32,000 bases of DNA. Origin: Promethearchaeia archaeon (lineage in GTDB: Archaea > Asgardarchaeota > Lokiarchaeia > Sigyniarchaeales > SOKP01). Of the stretch, positions 1 through 10,117 are shown piece by piece. A program made the translations under genes and the position numbers. The stretch lies in NCBI GenBank assembly GCA_046497275.1, contig JAWOFX010000001.1, positions 1 to 32,000 on the forward strand, read 5' to 3'. Under the pieces are notes generated by a model. It was not told the DNA's origin, did not search any database, and saw only the letters and a program-made list of their open reading frames with translations. Numbering within the stretch: the stretch's first letter is position 1; each line of letters opens with the position of its first letter.

Positions 1-54
1 TAATTCTGAGATTAACATTATTAATTTTCTCAATGACTCTTTTTCTTCACTCAT
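1..54 (-). CDS. Possible 5' end of a gene running off the left edge (MSEEKESLRKLIMLISEL...)
   Basis: ATG at 54 on the minus strand, open to position 1. The frame stays open upstream to a TTG at 102. Only 18 codons are visible; divergent from the 217 gene. Confidence 0.35.
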   Translation of the reverse strand, partial: MSEEKESLRKLIMLISEL

Positions 55-216
55 TTCGAAATCACTATTTTCTGTAATTATTTTTCTATTTAATAATAAC
101 AATTATGATTTTTATATCTGACTCATTAAATTAGAAAATATCTTGTGAATCATTCTGGATTTTATATTTTATATAAAATATTTTTAAATTAGATTACTCC
201 CTTATGATTTTCAGTC

Positions 217-2568
217 ATGGTAAAATTTTTGGGATATCTTAAAAAAAAATTCAAAATTCATGTTTTTGTCATATTTTTAGTTTTTCTGCTTGGAATCTTA
301 AATCTCCATTTTTTTACCAACTTCAGAAACTATAACCAAATCTTTTTTAATGATCCATCTGAAATAAGAGATGATTTAATTGGTTTAAATAATGGAGAGA
401 ATAATTCTTTAAATTCCTCTTCTGATTTTGAAATGTGTGAATTTGCCAATATTAGTTCTAGTAAAACTAATATCAGTTCTATCAATATAGATATCCCCTC
501 CTCAGGATGGAATCTTACAAGTATAGAATTTAATTTTACTGATATTAGTTTAAAACAAGAGACTATCACTTTAGCCTCTGAAAATGATGTTTCAGATGTT
601 TGGGTTCTACAAAATAACAATATCGAACGGTTATCAATGCAAATAAAAGTAACGGAACAAGTCAAGATTAATTCGATTGAAATTTATGGATTTTCGTCTC
701 AAATTCCTGAAGATGAAGAAGTTTATGTAGGTATAACCGATTGGAATTCAGCTGATAATGTTCCAGATTTAAATACTATTTATGGAGATCCCATTCCAAT
801 AAATATTTCAAACATACCAACATGGTATGTCCAAAAGTTTTCAAATCCAATTAATTTAGATCCAGGCGATTATGCGTTCGTATTAGATGGATATGGGCGA
901 ATTGGAAATGACATCCAATATTATTGGTTTATGAATGAAAGCAATCCGAATCCATTATATATGGGTTATTATTATAGATTTTTAGGCTGGCGCTGGGGGA
1001 AAAACCAGTATGATGTTTTTTGCCATAAGATTAACCAATGGGTTAATCGCTCCTATAAACCATCTGAAATTAATATGACAGCATCTATTAATGAAATTCC
1101 TTATGAAATTTTAGAAGGGTTAAATGTAGGAACGGGATATTTGAATATTTATAATCTAAATTATATCATTCCAGATAATATTCTACATATTACAATTTCT
1201 ACGAATGGATCTATTCAGATAAACTTCAACCTGAATTATACAATCAGTATTAACAATCTCAGGAATGTAGATTTATTACTCCATATTAAGGAGGGTAAAG
1301 AAAATGACTGGAAAATTTTCCCTAATTTAGAGCGTTATCCTTTTTATTATTCAGTTAGTTTTCAAATTCCAACTAATTGGTTTAATTTGTCACTGTATAA
1401 AGATGATATAGAAATTTCATCAGATCCAGAAATAATTTATCAAAATTATACTCTTACCATTAAAAATGATACTATAACAGCTAATAGCGATTGGTTAATT
1501 GCTGCCCAAAGCGATCGACAAAACTTCGCAATAAATATTCAAAAAACGAGTTATAATCCTGCAGATGAGATAGAAATTGAGATAGGGAGTTCTTTTTTAA
1601 ATGGAGAATTTAATTTCATCCTACTTGATAGCATTGGTCAAGAAAAATCTAGCCAAACTAAATCTGTGAATGCTCCAACAGAGATTTTTTCTTATATTGT
1701 TCGTTCTAATGATAGAAGGGGAACTTGGAATGCTTTGATCTTTTGGAATAACCAAACTGATGCTGGAGTTGAAAATGTTTCCTTTATAGTGGAAATTCCC
1801 TTTGTTATAACTCCATTTTTGATATTTTTAATCTCTATTATAAGTATTGGCGCTGTAAGTTCTGTTTATGGGACTTATAAAATTATCAAAAGGAGGAAAC
1901 GCATTCAACAGAAGAGAAAACAAAAAATTATAGATAAATGTATGGATATTGTCAATTTGAATCATATTCTGGTTACTGATAAAAAAAGCTCCTTAACCCT
2001 CTTTGATCAAAAATACGTGGAAAAAGCACTTGAAGCAAACTTAATTTCTGGATTTTTACAAGCCATTCGTTCTTTTGGAATAGAATTAACGGACACTAAG
2101 GAAAGTTCTCAAATAATAAAGCTCGAATATAAAAATTTAAAGGTTATCATGGATGAATACAGTAATTTCAGAATAATAGCTATTATGAAAGAAATACCCT
2201 CAAACGAATTTTTAAATTCTATAAAAGATCTTTCCTATGAACTTGAAGAGAAATTTGGTAAATACTTGGAAAATTTTAATGGAGATATAAGACCGTTCAA
2301 ATATATCGACAGATTAATAATAAAGCATCTCAATGGAGAGTTATTACACCCGCTTAAACTCGAGAAAGTTGATGAATCCAAATTTAATCAAGAAGAAAGA
2401 ACTTTGATATCAAAAATTTCAAAGCTTAGAAAAATAAAAGAATCAGAATATGTATTTTTTCGAGATTTAGTTCATGAGAGAGCTTGTGACCCAGAAGAAA
2501 TCATTATTATAAATAAATTAATTGAACAGAGAATTTTAAAACCGATTTTAAATCTAAATGAAGATTAA
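217..2568 (+). CDS. Large membrane protein: N-terminal hydrophobic segment, extracellular sequon-rich region, TM helix, cytosolic longin-like domain
   Basis: Hydrophobic aa ~14-33. About 17 N-x-S/T sequons, all before the TM at aa ~529-553, which is followed by KRRKRIQQKRKQK. C-terminal LNHILVTDKKSSLTLF...LISGFLQAIRSFG...IKLEYKNLKVIM pattern is typical of Asgard longin-like domains. Confidence 0.8.
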   Translation: MVKFLGYLKKKFKIHVFVIFLVFLLGILNLHFFTNFRNYNQIFFNDPSEIRDDLIGLNNGENNSLNSSSDFEMCEFANISSSKTNISSINIDIPSSGWNLTSIEFNFTDISLKQETITLASENDVSDVWVLQNNNIERLSMQIKVTEQVKINSIEIYGFSSQIPEDEEVYVGITDWNSADNVPDLNTIYGDPIPINISNIPTWYVQKFSNPINLDPGDYAFVLDGYGRIGNDIQYYWFMNESNPNPLYMGYYYRFLGWRWGKNQYDVFCHKINQWVNRSYKPSEINMTASINEIPYEILEGLNVGTGYLNIYNLNYIIPDNILHITISTNGSIQINFNLNYTISINNLRNVDLLLHIKEGKENDWKIFPNLERYPFYYSVSFQIPTNWFNLSLYKDDIEISSDPEIIYQNYTLTIKNDTITANSDWLIAAQSDRQNFAINIQKTSYNPADEIEIEIGSSFLNGEFNFILLDSIGQEKSSQTKSVNAPTEIFSYIVRSNDRRGTWNALIFWNNQTDAGVENVSFIVEIPFVITPFLIFLISIISIGAVSSVYGTYKIIKRRKRIQQKRKQKIIDKCMDIVNLNHILVTDKKSSLTLFDQKYVEKALEANLISGFLQAIRSFGIELTDTKESSQIIKLEYKNLKVIMDEYSNFRIIAIMKEIPSNEFLNSIKDLSYELEEKFGKYLENFNGDIRPFKYIDRLIIKHLNGELLHPLKLEKVDESKFNQEERTLISKISKLRKIKESEYVFFRDLVHERACDPEEIIIINKLIEQRILKPILNLNED

Positions 2569-2779
2569 ATTTATTTTATAACTAAAATTCAATAAATGAT
2601 ATTTAAGTACTGCCTTTTTCTTTAATTATTAATATTATAATTCTTATAGCTTTTTAATTAATTTTTAAGTATCATTATAAATATCTACAATTATCAAACA
2701 AATATTTTTAAATCTAATATTAATAATAGAAGTTATATTTGGAAGATAAAATAATATTCAATAGAGAGGGAAAAAAATA

Positions 2780-4267
2780 ATGAATGAATTAAAAAATACA
2801 TGGAAAACCCATCCAAATTTATATGAGATAAACACTTGGCCATGGTTAACAGAATTATCTGAAATATACAATGAAGAGATTAAACTAGATAACATCCCAG
2901 AGGAGATTTTCGAGAAATATATCAAATATTTTGATGCAGTTTGGCTTATGGGAGTCTGGGAGAGGAGCCCGGCAAGCAAACGAATAGCACATGATCATCC
3001 AGATCTTCAAAACGAATATAAAAAAGCCATAGATCATGTAAAAGAGGAGGAAATTATTGGGTCTCCTTATGCTGTTTATTATTATCATGTTGATAAAGGA
3101 TTAGGAGGTAAAGAAGAGTTAAATAAATTTAGAGAGAGATTAAATGATAAAAATGTCAATTTAATCTTAGATTATGTCCCGAATCATATAGCGAGAGATC
3201 ATCTGTGGACTCTAGAAAAATCTGATATGTTCATAGAAGGAACATGGGAAGATATGAATAATCATCCTGATGGTTATTTTTCCTCATATGGAAAAGTACG
3301 GGCGCATGGAAAAGACCCATATTTTCCAGCATGGACAGATACGGTTCAAATCAACGCGTTTTCCGAAGATGCAAGACATAAAGCGATCCACACCCTCCTA
3401 ACGATTGCAGAAATTTGCGATGGAGTTCGCTGTGATATGGCAATGCTCGTAACAAATGAGATCTTCAAGAAAACATGGGGGGATAAAGTTGGAAATCCAC
3501 CTGAAAAAGATTTCTGGGAAGAAATTATCCCTAGAATCAAAAATAAACATCGGAATTTCAAATTTATCGCGGAAGTTTATTGGGATATGGAGTGGAAGTT
3601 GCAACAACAAGGTTTTGATTATACCTATGATGAAAAATTATACAATTATATTATGAACGAAAGTCCTCAATCAATTCGAAATCATATTACAGCAGAATGG
3701 GAATACAATAAAAAATCATTAAGATATATAGAAAACCACGATGAACAGAGAACAGTAAAACAGATGGGTATTTTAAAATCAAAAGCGGCTGCAATTTTAG
3801 CATTGAGTCTTCCAGGGATGGGCTTAGTGCACGAAGGTCAGATGAAAGGTTATGAAATTAAAATCCCCGTTCAATTGAAAAGAAGAACGAATGAAATGAT
3901 AAAAAATAATGTGCTAGAATTTTATCGAACACTTTTAGCAATAATTAAGGATAATGATATTAAAAAAAATAATTGGGAATTATGTAATGTCACCCAAACA
4001 AGCCAAGATGATCAATCAAATAAATATATCATTTCTTATCATTGGTGGAACGCCCAAGAACATTATTTATTTATTATCAATTTTAGCGAGAATTTTTCAA
4101 ATGGAAAAATAAAAATTCCTACACTTAATTTAACATCGGGAAAATTAAAGTTCAAAAATCTATTTACTGATGAAATTTTAAGATACGACGCTTCTGAAAT
4201 TCAAAATAATGGCTTTAAAGTTGAGTTAGCTAGTTGGAAATATAATATATTCCATATAAATTCTTAA
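2780..4267 (+). CDS. Alpha-amylase family glycoside hydrolase (GH13)
   Basis: GH13 conserved regions LDYVPNH, DGVRCDMAM (nucleophile), FIAEVY (acid/base), YIENHDE; C-terminal beta-sandwich-like tail. Confidence 0.9.
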   Translation: MNELKNTWKTHPNLYEINTWPWLTELSEIYNEEIKLDNIPEEIFEKYIKYFDAVWLMGVWERSPASKRIAHDHPDLQNEYKKAIDHVKEEEIIGSPYAVYYYHVDKGLGGKEELNKFRERLNDKNVNLILDYVPNHIARDHLWTLEKSDMFIEGTWEDMNNHPDGYFSSYGKVRAHGKDPYFPAWTDTVQINAFSEDARHKAIHTLLTIAEICDGVRCDMAMLVTNEIFKKTWGDKVGNPPEKDFWEEIIPRIKNKHRNFKFIAEVYWDMEWKLQQQGFDYTYDEKLYNYIMNESPQSIRNHITAEWEYNKKSLRYIENHDEQRTVKQMGILKSKAAAILALSLPGMGLVHEGQMKGYEIKIPVQLKRRTNEMIKNNVLEFYRTLLAIIKDNDIKKNNWELCNVTQTSQDDQSNKYIISYHWWNAQEHYLFIINFSENFSNGKIKIPTLNLTSGKLKFKNLFTDEILRYDASEIQNNGFKVELASWKYNIFHINS

Positions 4268-4414
4268 TTATATTTTTTAAATATTTTTTTTTCCAAAATC
4301 GTTCTAAAGAAAGAAGTAGAAGATATATTATTAAAGATTGAAGTCTTGAAATAATTTTTAAAAATGAATATAAATTAAGAAAATAATTAAGAAACAGAAA
4401 AAATTGTAAATTAT

Positions 4415-5653
4415 ATGACATCTACTAATAGAAGATTAGTTGAAGCATTAATTAAAAAAGGAGTTAATATTCCTAATCCATCTACTATTGAGATCGGAGA
4501 AGAAGTTGATTTAAATTTTATCTCAGCTGAAGGAGTTATTATACACTCAGGTTGTAAAATATTTGGAGAAAAGACTCTTATTATGTCAAATGTGGAATTA
4601 GGAGCTAGATCTCCGGTCACTATTAATAATTGTCAATTAGGTAGGAATGTTGAGTTAAAAGGGGGTTACTTTGAAGAATCTACTTTCTTAGATTCTGCGA
4701 ATATGGGAGATGGTGCAGAAGTTAGAAAAGGGTGTTTATTAGAAGAAAAAACAAATGGAGCTCATACTGTTGGGCTTAAACAAACAATACTCTTTCCATT
4801 TGTTACATTAGGCAGTATAATTAATTTTTGTGATATTTTAATGGCTGGGGGAACAAGTAGGAAAAATCATAGTGAGGTGGGGAGTTCCTATATTCATTTT
4901 AATTATACTCCTAATCAAGATAAAGCAACTGCCTCTTTGATCGGTGATGTTGCTCACGGAGTTATGTTTAATAAGCCTCCTATCTTTTTAGGTGGTCAAG
5001 GTGGTTTAGTAGGACCAGCTATTATTGGATATAATACAGTTATTGCGGCAGGTGTCATTTATCGAGATGATTGTCCCCAAGGGAATAAGCTACTAAGGAA
5101 TAAGGAAGAAATCAAGGAAGATTTAGAATTCTATCCTGGTATATATTGGAATATAAAAAGAAAAGTACTCAATTGTGTTCAATATATAGCAAACATAATA
5201 GCCCTTAAACAATGGTATCTTTTTGTGCGTCAGAGATTTTTTCAAGGAAATAAGTTGGATAATAAGCTTTTTGAAGGAGCCATGGAAAAAATAGAGATTA
5301 TTTTGGAGGAGAGATTAAAAAGATTTATCGATCTAGCTAATAATATGGAGCAATCAATTAAATTATATGAATCGATTATGGGTGATCAAGCTTCAAAAAC
5401 ACTCTTAACTCAAAAAAAAGAACTTTTTGAAAATATTGAAGCTATAGAAAATATTTTTAATGAATACATTTCATATAGGGGAGATATTGAAAAGAGAGAT
5501 GAGTTTTTAAAAAGGATTGATACAAATCTAGATTACATCAAAGCAATAAAAACATTAGATAAAGATTCTTCAGAAATTGGAATTAAATGGCTCTTGAGCA
5601 TTATTAATGAGATAAGAGAAAAAGTAATTCAGAATTTACCTTCTTTTGTATAA
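4415..5653 (+). CDS. GlmU C-terminal-like left-handed beta-helix acetyltransferase, lacking the uridylyltransferase domain, with an extra helical C-terminal domain
   Basis: Starts at the GlmU linker-like LIKKGVNIPNP. Hexapeptide repeats; FNYTPNQDK ~ CNYDGANK; IFLGGQGGLVGPAIIGYNTVIAAG ~ [24 protein letters not shown]. Adjacent to glmS, nagB and glmM. Confidence 0.75.
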   Translation: MTSTNRRLVEALIKKGVNIPNPSTIEIGEEVDLNFISAEGVIIHSGCKIFGEKTLIMSNVELGARSPVTINNCQLGRNVELKGGYFEESTFLDSANMGDGAEVRKGCLLEEKTNGAHTVGLKQTILFPFVTLGSIINFCDILMAGGTSRKNHSEVGSSYIHFNYTPNQDKATASLIGDVAHGVMFNKPPIFLGGQGGLVGPAIIGYNTVIAAGVIYRDDCPQGNKLLRNKEEIKEDLEFYPGIYWNIKRKVLNCVQYIANIIALKQWYLFVRQRFFQGNKLDNKLFEGAMEKIEIILEERLKRFIDLANNMEQSIKLYESIMGDQASKTLLTQKKELFENIEAIENIFNEYISYRGDIEKRDEFLKRIDTNLDYIKAIKTLDKDSSEIGIKWLLSIINEIREKVIQNLPSFV

Positions 5654-5660
5654 ATTTCTT

Positions 5661-7514
5661 TTAGTGAACAGTAACAGTTTTACTAAGATTTAATGGTTTG
5701 TCAGGGTCTAATTTTGAGCTGATAGAAGCATAATAAGCTAATAATTGTAAGGCTGGGGTAAATGTAATAGGACTGAAAATATTATGATATTTATCACCGG
5801 GTTGTGGGATTCTTATTACCATATCACTTAAATTAGCGATTTTTTTATCATTCTCAACAACTAGTGAAATTATTTTACCTCCTCGTGATTTAAACTCCAT
5901 TACATTACCGATTAATCGCTGATATGTTTCGTCCGGGGGAGCTACAAATATAATCGGGAAACCTTCTCTAACTAAAGAAATTGGTCCATGCTTCGCATGA
6001 GCTGCTGAATAACCCTCTATAAATCGACATGCCACTTCTTTTAACTTTAAACCTCCCTCTTTCGCAGTTGCGATAGATATACCTCTTGCTAAAAAGAAAA
6101 AGTTTTTACTTTTTTGTAAGGTCTCCACAATCTCTTTGATTAAATCTACATTATTTTCTAAAAAATTCTTAATAATTTCAGGAGTGGAGTATAAAGCTTC
6201 ATAATATTTTTCAATTTCCTCTCGAGGTTCAATTTTTCTAAACTTGGCAATTTCTAAAGCAAGCAAAGCTAGCGTAAGAACTTGTGTACAATATGTTTTA
6301 GTTGCTGCGACTCCAATTTCTGGTCCTGCTTGGGTCAAAATAACTCTATCAGAATATCTTGTAATTGAAGATCCAACAACATTAGTAATAGATAATATTT
6401 TGATGTCTTTTCTTTGTTTTTTTGCCCATCTTATCGCTTCAATAGTATCAATAGTTTCTCCCGATTGGGAGACAGCAATAATAACAGAATTTTCTTTTAA
6501 AGAATTGCCTAATTGATTTTGAAATTCGGAACATTCAATCGCATGAATATATTTATCTAAAAAACGAGTTATTACATATTTACCTGCTAAAGATGCATAA
6601 AACGAAGTACCAGCTGCAGTAATATAAATATTATCTGCAGACCAAATATCATGTGCGAAGAGTCTTAAATTCCTCTCAGAAATTTTTAATGTTCGATTCA
6701 AAGCGGTTGGCTCCTCGTATATTTCTTTGAGCATAAAATGTTCAAAACCTCCTTTTTCTGCAGCATCGATACTCCAGTCTATTTTCTGCATTTCTTTTTC
6801 AATTTTTTGATCATTTTCAAGATCAAAAAATAGTACCTCGTTCGCTTTTAATATAGCAATCTCATTATCTTCCATAAGATAACAATTTCGTGTCAAAGGT
6901 AAAAACGCAGGAATATCAGAGGCACAATAAGTAGTTTTACCCTCTTCTATTCCAATTACTAAAGGAGACTCATAACGAGCAACAATAATCGAATCAGGAG
7001 TGTATACGGAACACACTGCAATTGCATATGACCCCTTACATTTATCTAACGCTTCTTTTACCGCTTGTTTTAAATTTGAGGTTTTTTGCATTGATTCTTC
7101 AATTAAATGAGCAATAACTTCTGTATCTGTTTCTGACTTAAATTTATGTCCTCTTGATAAGAGTTCTTCCTTTAAATCTAAGAAATTTTCAATAATTCCA
7201 TTATGAACAACAGCAATTTTTCCTGAACAATCTGTATGGGGATGACTATTTAATTTAGTAGGTGCTCCATGCGTTGCCCATCTAGTGTGTGCAAGAGCAA
7301 TTTTAGATCCTTCTGGAAAATCAGTTAGGTCAATTTTTTTATGAATATCGTCGATTTTTCCTGCTCCTTTTTTAATGCATAATTTAGAATCATACTGAGC
7401 CACTATGCCACAAGAATCATATCCTCGATATTCTAACCTCTTAATTCCTTCGTAAGCAAGTTTTCCTATCGAAGTATTTGCTTGTTCAGTAATAATGCCA
7501 AAGATTCCACACAT
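5661..7514 (-). CDS. glmS: Glutamine--fructose-6-phosphate transaminase (isomerizing)
   Basis: N-terminal MCGIFG, RGYDS, HTRWATHG, HNGIIEN, SQSGET, LKLKE, KHGP, C-terminal NLSKTVTV. Confidence 0.97.
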   Translation of the reverse strand: MCGIFGIITEQANTSIGKLAYEGIKRLEYRGYDSCGIVAQYDSKLCIKKGAGKIDDIHKKIDLTDFPEGSKIALAHTRWATHGAPTKLNSHPHTDCSGKIAVVHNGIIENFLDLKEELLSRGHKFKSETDTEVIAHLIEESMQKTSNLKQAVKEALDKCKGSYAIAVCSVYTPDSIIVARYESPLVIGIEEGKTTYCASDIPAFLPLTRNCYLMEDNEIAILKANEVLFFDLENDQKIEKEMQKIDWSIDAAEKGGFEHFMLKEIYEEPTALNRTLKISERNLRLFAHDIWSADNIYITAAGTSFYASLAGKYVITRFLDKYIHAIECSEFQNQLGNSLKENSVIIAVSQSGETIDTIEAIRWAKKQRKDIKILSITNVVGSSITRYSDRVILTQAGPEIGVAATKTYCTQVLTLALLALEIAKFRKIEPREEIEKYYEALYSTPEIIKNFLENNVDLIKEIVETLQKSKNFFFLARGISIATAKEGGLKLKEVACRFIEGYSAAHAKHGPISLVREGFPIIFVAPPDETYQRLIGNVMEFKSRGGKIISLVVENDKKIANLSDMVIRIPQPGDKYHNIFSPITFTPALQLLAYYASISSKLDPDKPLNLSKTVTVH

Positions 7515-7709
7515 AACAAAATTAAGTTATCGTTTCTTAGAATTTAAAATATATCAAAATTTTTTAAGATTATCCTATATTTCTTAATATATTCAATTTA
7601 AACGAATCTATATTTGAAAAGTTCAATATCTTATATTAAAAAATTAAATTTTTAAAATATTTAGATTTAATTTAAAAAAATTTGTATAAAATTAATTTAG
7701 GAATTTATT

Positions 7710-8669
7710 ATGACAATAAAAGTTATTATTACTAGAGATTTTGACGATATGAGTGAGGTCGCAGCCGAAATTGTAAAGGATTTAATTCTTAAAATATTAA
7801 AGGAAAAGGAAAAATTAGTTTTTGGATTAGCAACTGGACATTCACCCACAGGGCTATATAAAAATTTAGCACATTTTCTTAATTCGAATGAAATTAACAA
7901 TCAACGCTTCTGCAGTTTTAATCTTGATGAATATATAGGTTTACCTGGAGAAAATTCACAACAAAGAGTTCTACATCCTGAAAGTTATTGCTATTTTATG
8001 ATTCAAGAGTTTTTTGGACTCCTTAATAAAAAATTTAGAGAGACATATGTTCCTTTTGGAAATTTGATTGATCAAAAAATCCTCAAACAAGAACTTGATA
8101 CTCATCCTAATGATTATACAGAGTTGGGTAAGGATGCTGGAAAATCTATTGTGATAAAAGAAAATACAGAATCAAAATATTTAGCGTGGATACGTGAGTC
8201 CGTTTTAAATGCTTATTTAAAAAAGATTGAAGACAAGGGAGGTATAGATTTACAGGTTATTGGAGTAGGAGGTAGAGGTCATGTAGCCTTCCATGAATCA
8301 GGAATTCCTTTTGAAGGCAGTGATATGCTGTTAATTAAGCTTGATGAAAATACTATCAATAATGCGATTAAAGATGGTCATTTTTCAAATAGAGAAAATT
8401 CTCCCCATTATGCCATCAGTATGGGGGCAGAACTGGTTTATAAGGCTAGAAACATAATATTATTAGCAAATGGAAGACGAAAAACAGATCCTGTCGCAGA
8501 ATCATTATTAAACATACCAACTCCAGAAATACCGATTTCCTATGGTCAGAAATATTCTGAAAAGGGAGGGAATCTGATTTATATCCTTGATAAGATTGCA
8601 GCTCAAAAACTTATGACTAATGGAAGAGTCTTGGAAAAGAAAGGAATAGAACTTAAACTTATAGAATAA
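7710..8669 (+). CDS. nagB: Glucosamine-6-phosphate deaminase/isomerase family (atypical NagB)
   Basis: GLATGHSP, FNLDEY, GIDLQVIGVGGRGHVAFHE, AISMG, LLANG..K. Has an internal insertion of roughly 35-40 aa relative to the E. coli enzyme. Confidence 0.85.
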   Translation: MTIKVIITRDFDDMSEVAAEIVKDLILKILKEKEKLVFGLATGHSPTGLYKNLAHFLNSNEINNQRFCSFNLDEYIGLPGENSQQRVLHPESYCYFMIQEFFGLLNKKFRETYVPFGNLIDQKILKQELDTHPNDYTELGKDAGKSIVIKENTESKYLAWIRESVLNAYLKKIEDKGGIDLQVIGVGGRGHVAFHESGIPFEGSDMLLIKLDENTINNAIKDGHFSNRENSPHYAISMGAELVYKARNIILLANGRRKTDPVAESLLNIPTPEIPISYGQKYSEKGGNLIYILDKIAAQKLMTNGRVLEKKGIELKLIE

Positions 8670-8689
8670 TACTTTCGATAGAATTTAGC

Positions 8690-10117
8690 TTATATTAAAT
8701 CTAGTTTTAACATTTTCTCTTCAGCCATTTTATTCATCCTTTTTGAGGCTTCTAAATTCTCGGTTGATTCTCCTGAAATTCTTAAATATGGACTGGTCCC
8801 AGAACGTCTTATTAAAATCCAACCATCATTATAATCAATCCTTACTCCATCCCTCTTATTAATATTCTTAATTTCTTTTCCTTCAGAATTAAGAATCTCT
8901 TTCATTTCATCGATAATTTTATTGTTTATTTCTTCAGTAAAGGGGATGTCTTCCTTTAATTTGAAGGCGTCACGATAATAAGGATACTCTGGAATGTCAC
9001 TAAGTAATTTTCGTAAACTCATATTTGAGTCACTAATCATTTTTAAAACATTAGCGATTGTAAATATTGAATCTGGTCCAAGATGCGATTCAGGCCATAT
9101 ATAAGTTCCCGACGTTTCTCCACCTAAAAATCCCCCTTGCTCTTCTAATGCTTGAGCAACCTTAATATCTCCAACTTCAGTTCTAATTACCTCACAACCT
9201 AAAGGATTTAAAACGTCTTCTATTAGACTTGAGGAATTAATAGGTGTAGCAACTTTCATATTCTCATTTGATATTTGATCTTTATTTCTCTTCAAATAAT
9301 CAACTGCCATTAATGTTAAGAGACGAATTGGATCTACTATTGTTCCATTTTCGTCAAGAAATATTACTCGATCAGCATCACCGTCAAGAGCAATTCCAAT
9401 ATCATCCGTATCTGATGTTCTAAGAAATTTAGCTATTTGAACTAAATTTTCTTTACTTGGTTCAGAATTGCGACCTGGAAATTTTCCATCCATTTGAGCA
9501 TTAATAGTCATTAAATTTACATCATATTCACTTAATAATTGTGGAACAATATTACATCCTGCTCCATTTCCAGGATCAACTATAGCATGTAATTTACTTC
9601 CATTGAATTTTATTTGATGGGTAATTTGTGCAATATGTGCATCATTTATATCATTTATATGCGATACAGTCCCTACTCCATCCCATTCTATATTAAGAAA
9701 AGCTTTATCAGTATAGATCTTTTCAATTTCTTCTTCCTGTTCTTCAATATATCCCATTCCTGTGGGATTCCAGAATTTTAGACCAATATATTCAGGTGTA
9801 TTATGTGAGGCAGTGATAACAACTCCACAATCTGCACCCAAATAACGTAGAGACATTGCTAAGGTGGGTGTGGTGACAATTCCTAATGTTTTAACAATAC
9901 ACCCAGTACTAACGAGGCCTGATATAAATGCATATTCAATTGGTAAGGCACTCGTTCTTATATCTTTTCCGATTACAACAGTGGCGTCTCCATTCAAATA
10001 GGTTCCTAGAGCTAACCCAACTTCTAAAGCCATCTGAGGAGTTAACATAACATCTGTGTTGTCATAATTGCTAAAAATTCTCCTAATACCGCTTGTACCA
10101 AAAATTGTTCTTGACAT
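8690..10117 (-). CDS. glmM: Phosphoglucosamine mutase / phosphohexomutase
   Basis: IFGTSGIR, ITASHNT (catalytic Ser loop), DGDADR (metal loop), GGETSG, IRRSGTSP; clustered with glmS. Confidence 0.85.
   Translation of the reverse strand: MSRTIFGTSGIRRIFSNYDNTDVMLTPQMALEVGLALGTYLNGDATVVIGKDIRTSALPIEYAFISGLVSTGCIVKTLGIVTTPTLAMSLRYLGADCGVVITASHNTPEYIGLKFWNPTGMGYIEEQEEEIEKIYTDKAFLNIEWDGVGTVSHINDINDAHIAQITHQIKFNGSKLHAIVDPGNGAGCNIVPQLLSEYDVNLMTINAQMDGKFPGRNSEPSKENLVQIAKFLRTSDTDDIGIALDGDADRVIFLDENGTIVDPIRLLTLMAVDYLKRNKDQISNENMKVATPINSSSLIEDVLNPLGCEVIRTEVGDIKVAQALEEQGGFLGGETSGTYIWPESHLGPDSIFTIANVLKMISDSNMSLRKLLSDIPEYPYYRDAFKLKEDIPFTEEINNKIIDEMKEILNSEGKEIKNINKRDGVRIDYNDGWILIRRSGTSPYLRISGESTENLEASKRMNKMAEEKMLKLDLI

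Noticed and set aside
7515-7709. glmS ribozyme in the glmS leader
   Set aside because: The region is almost pure A/T with none of the GC-rich paired core of the ribozyme on the minus strand.
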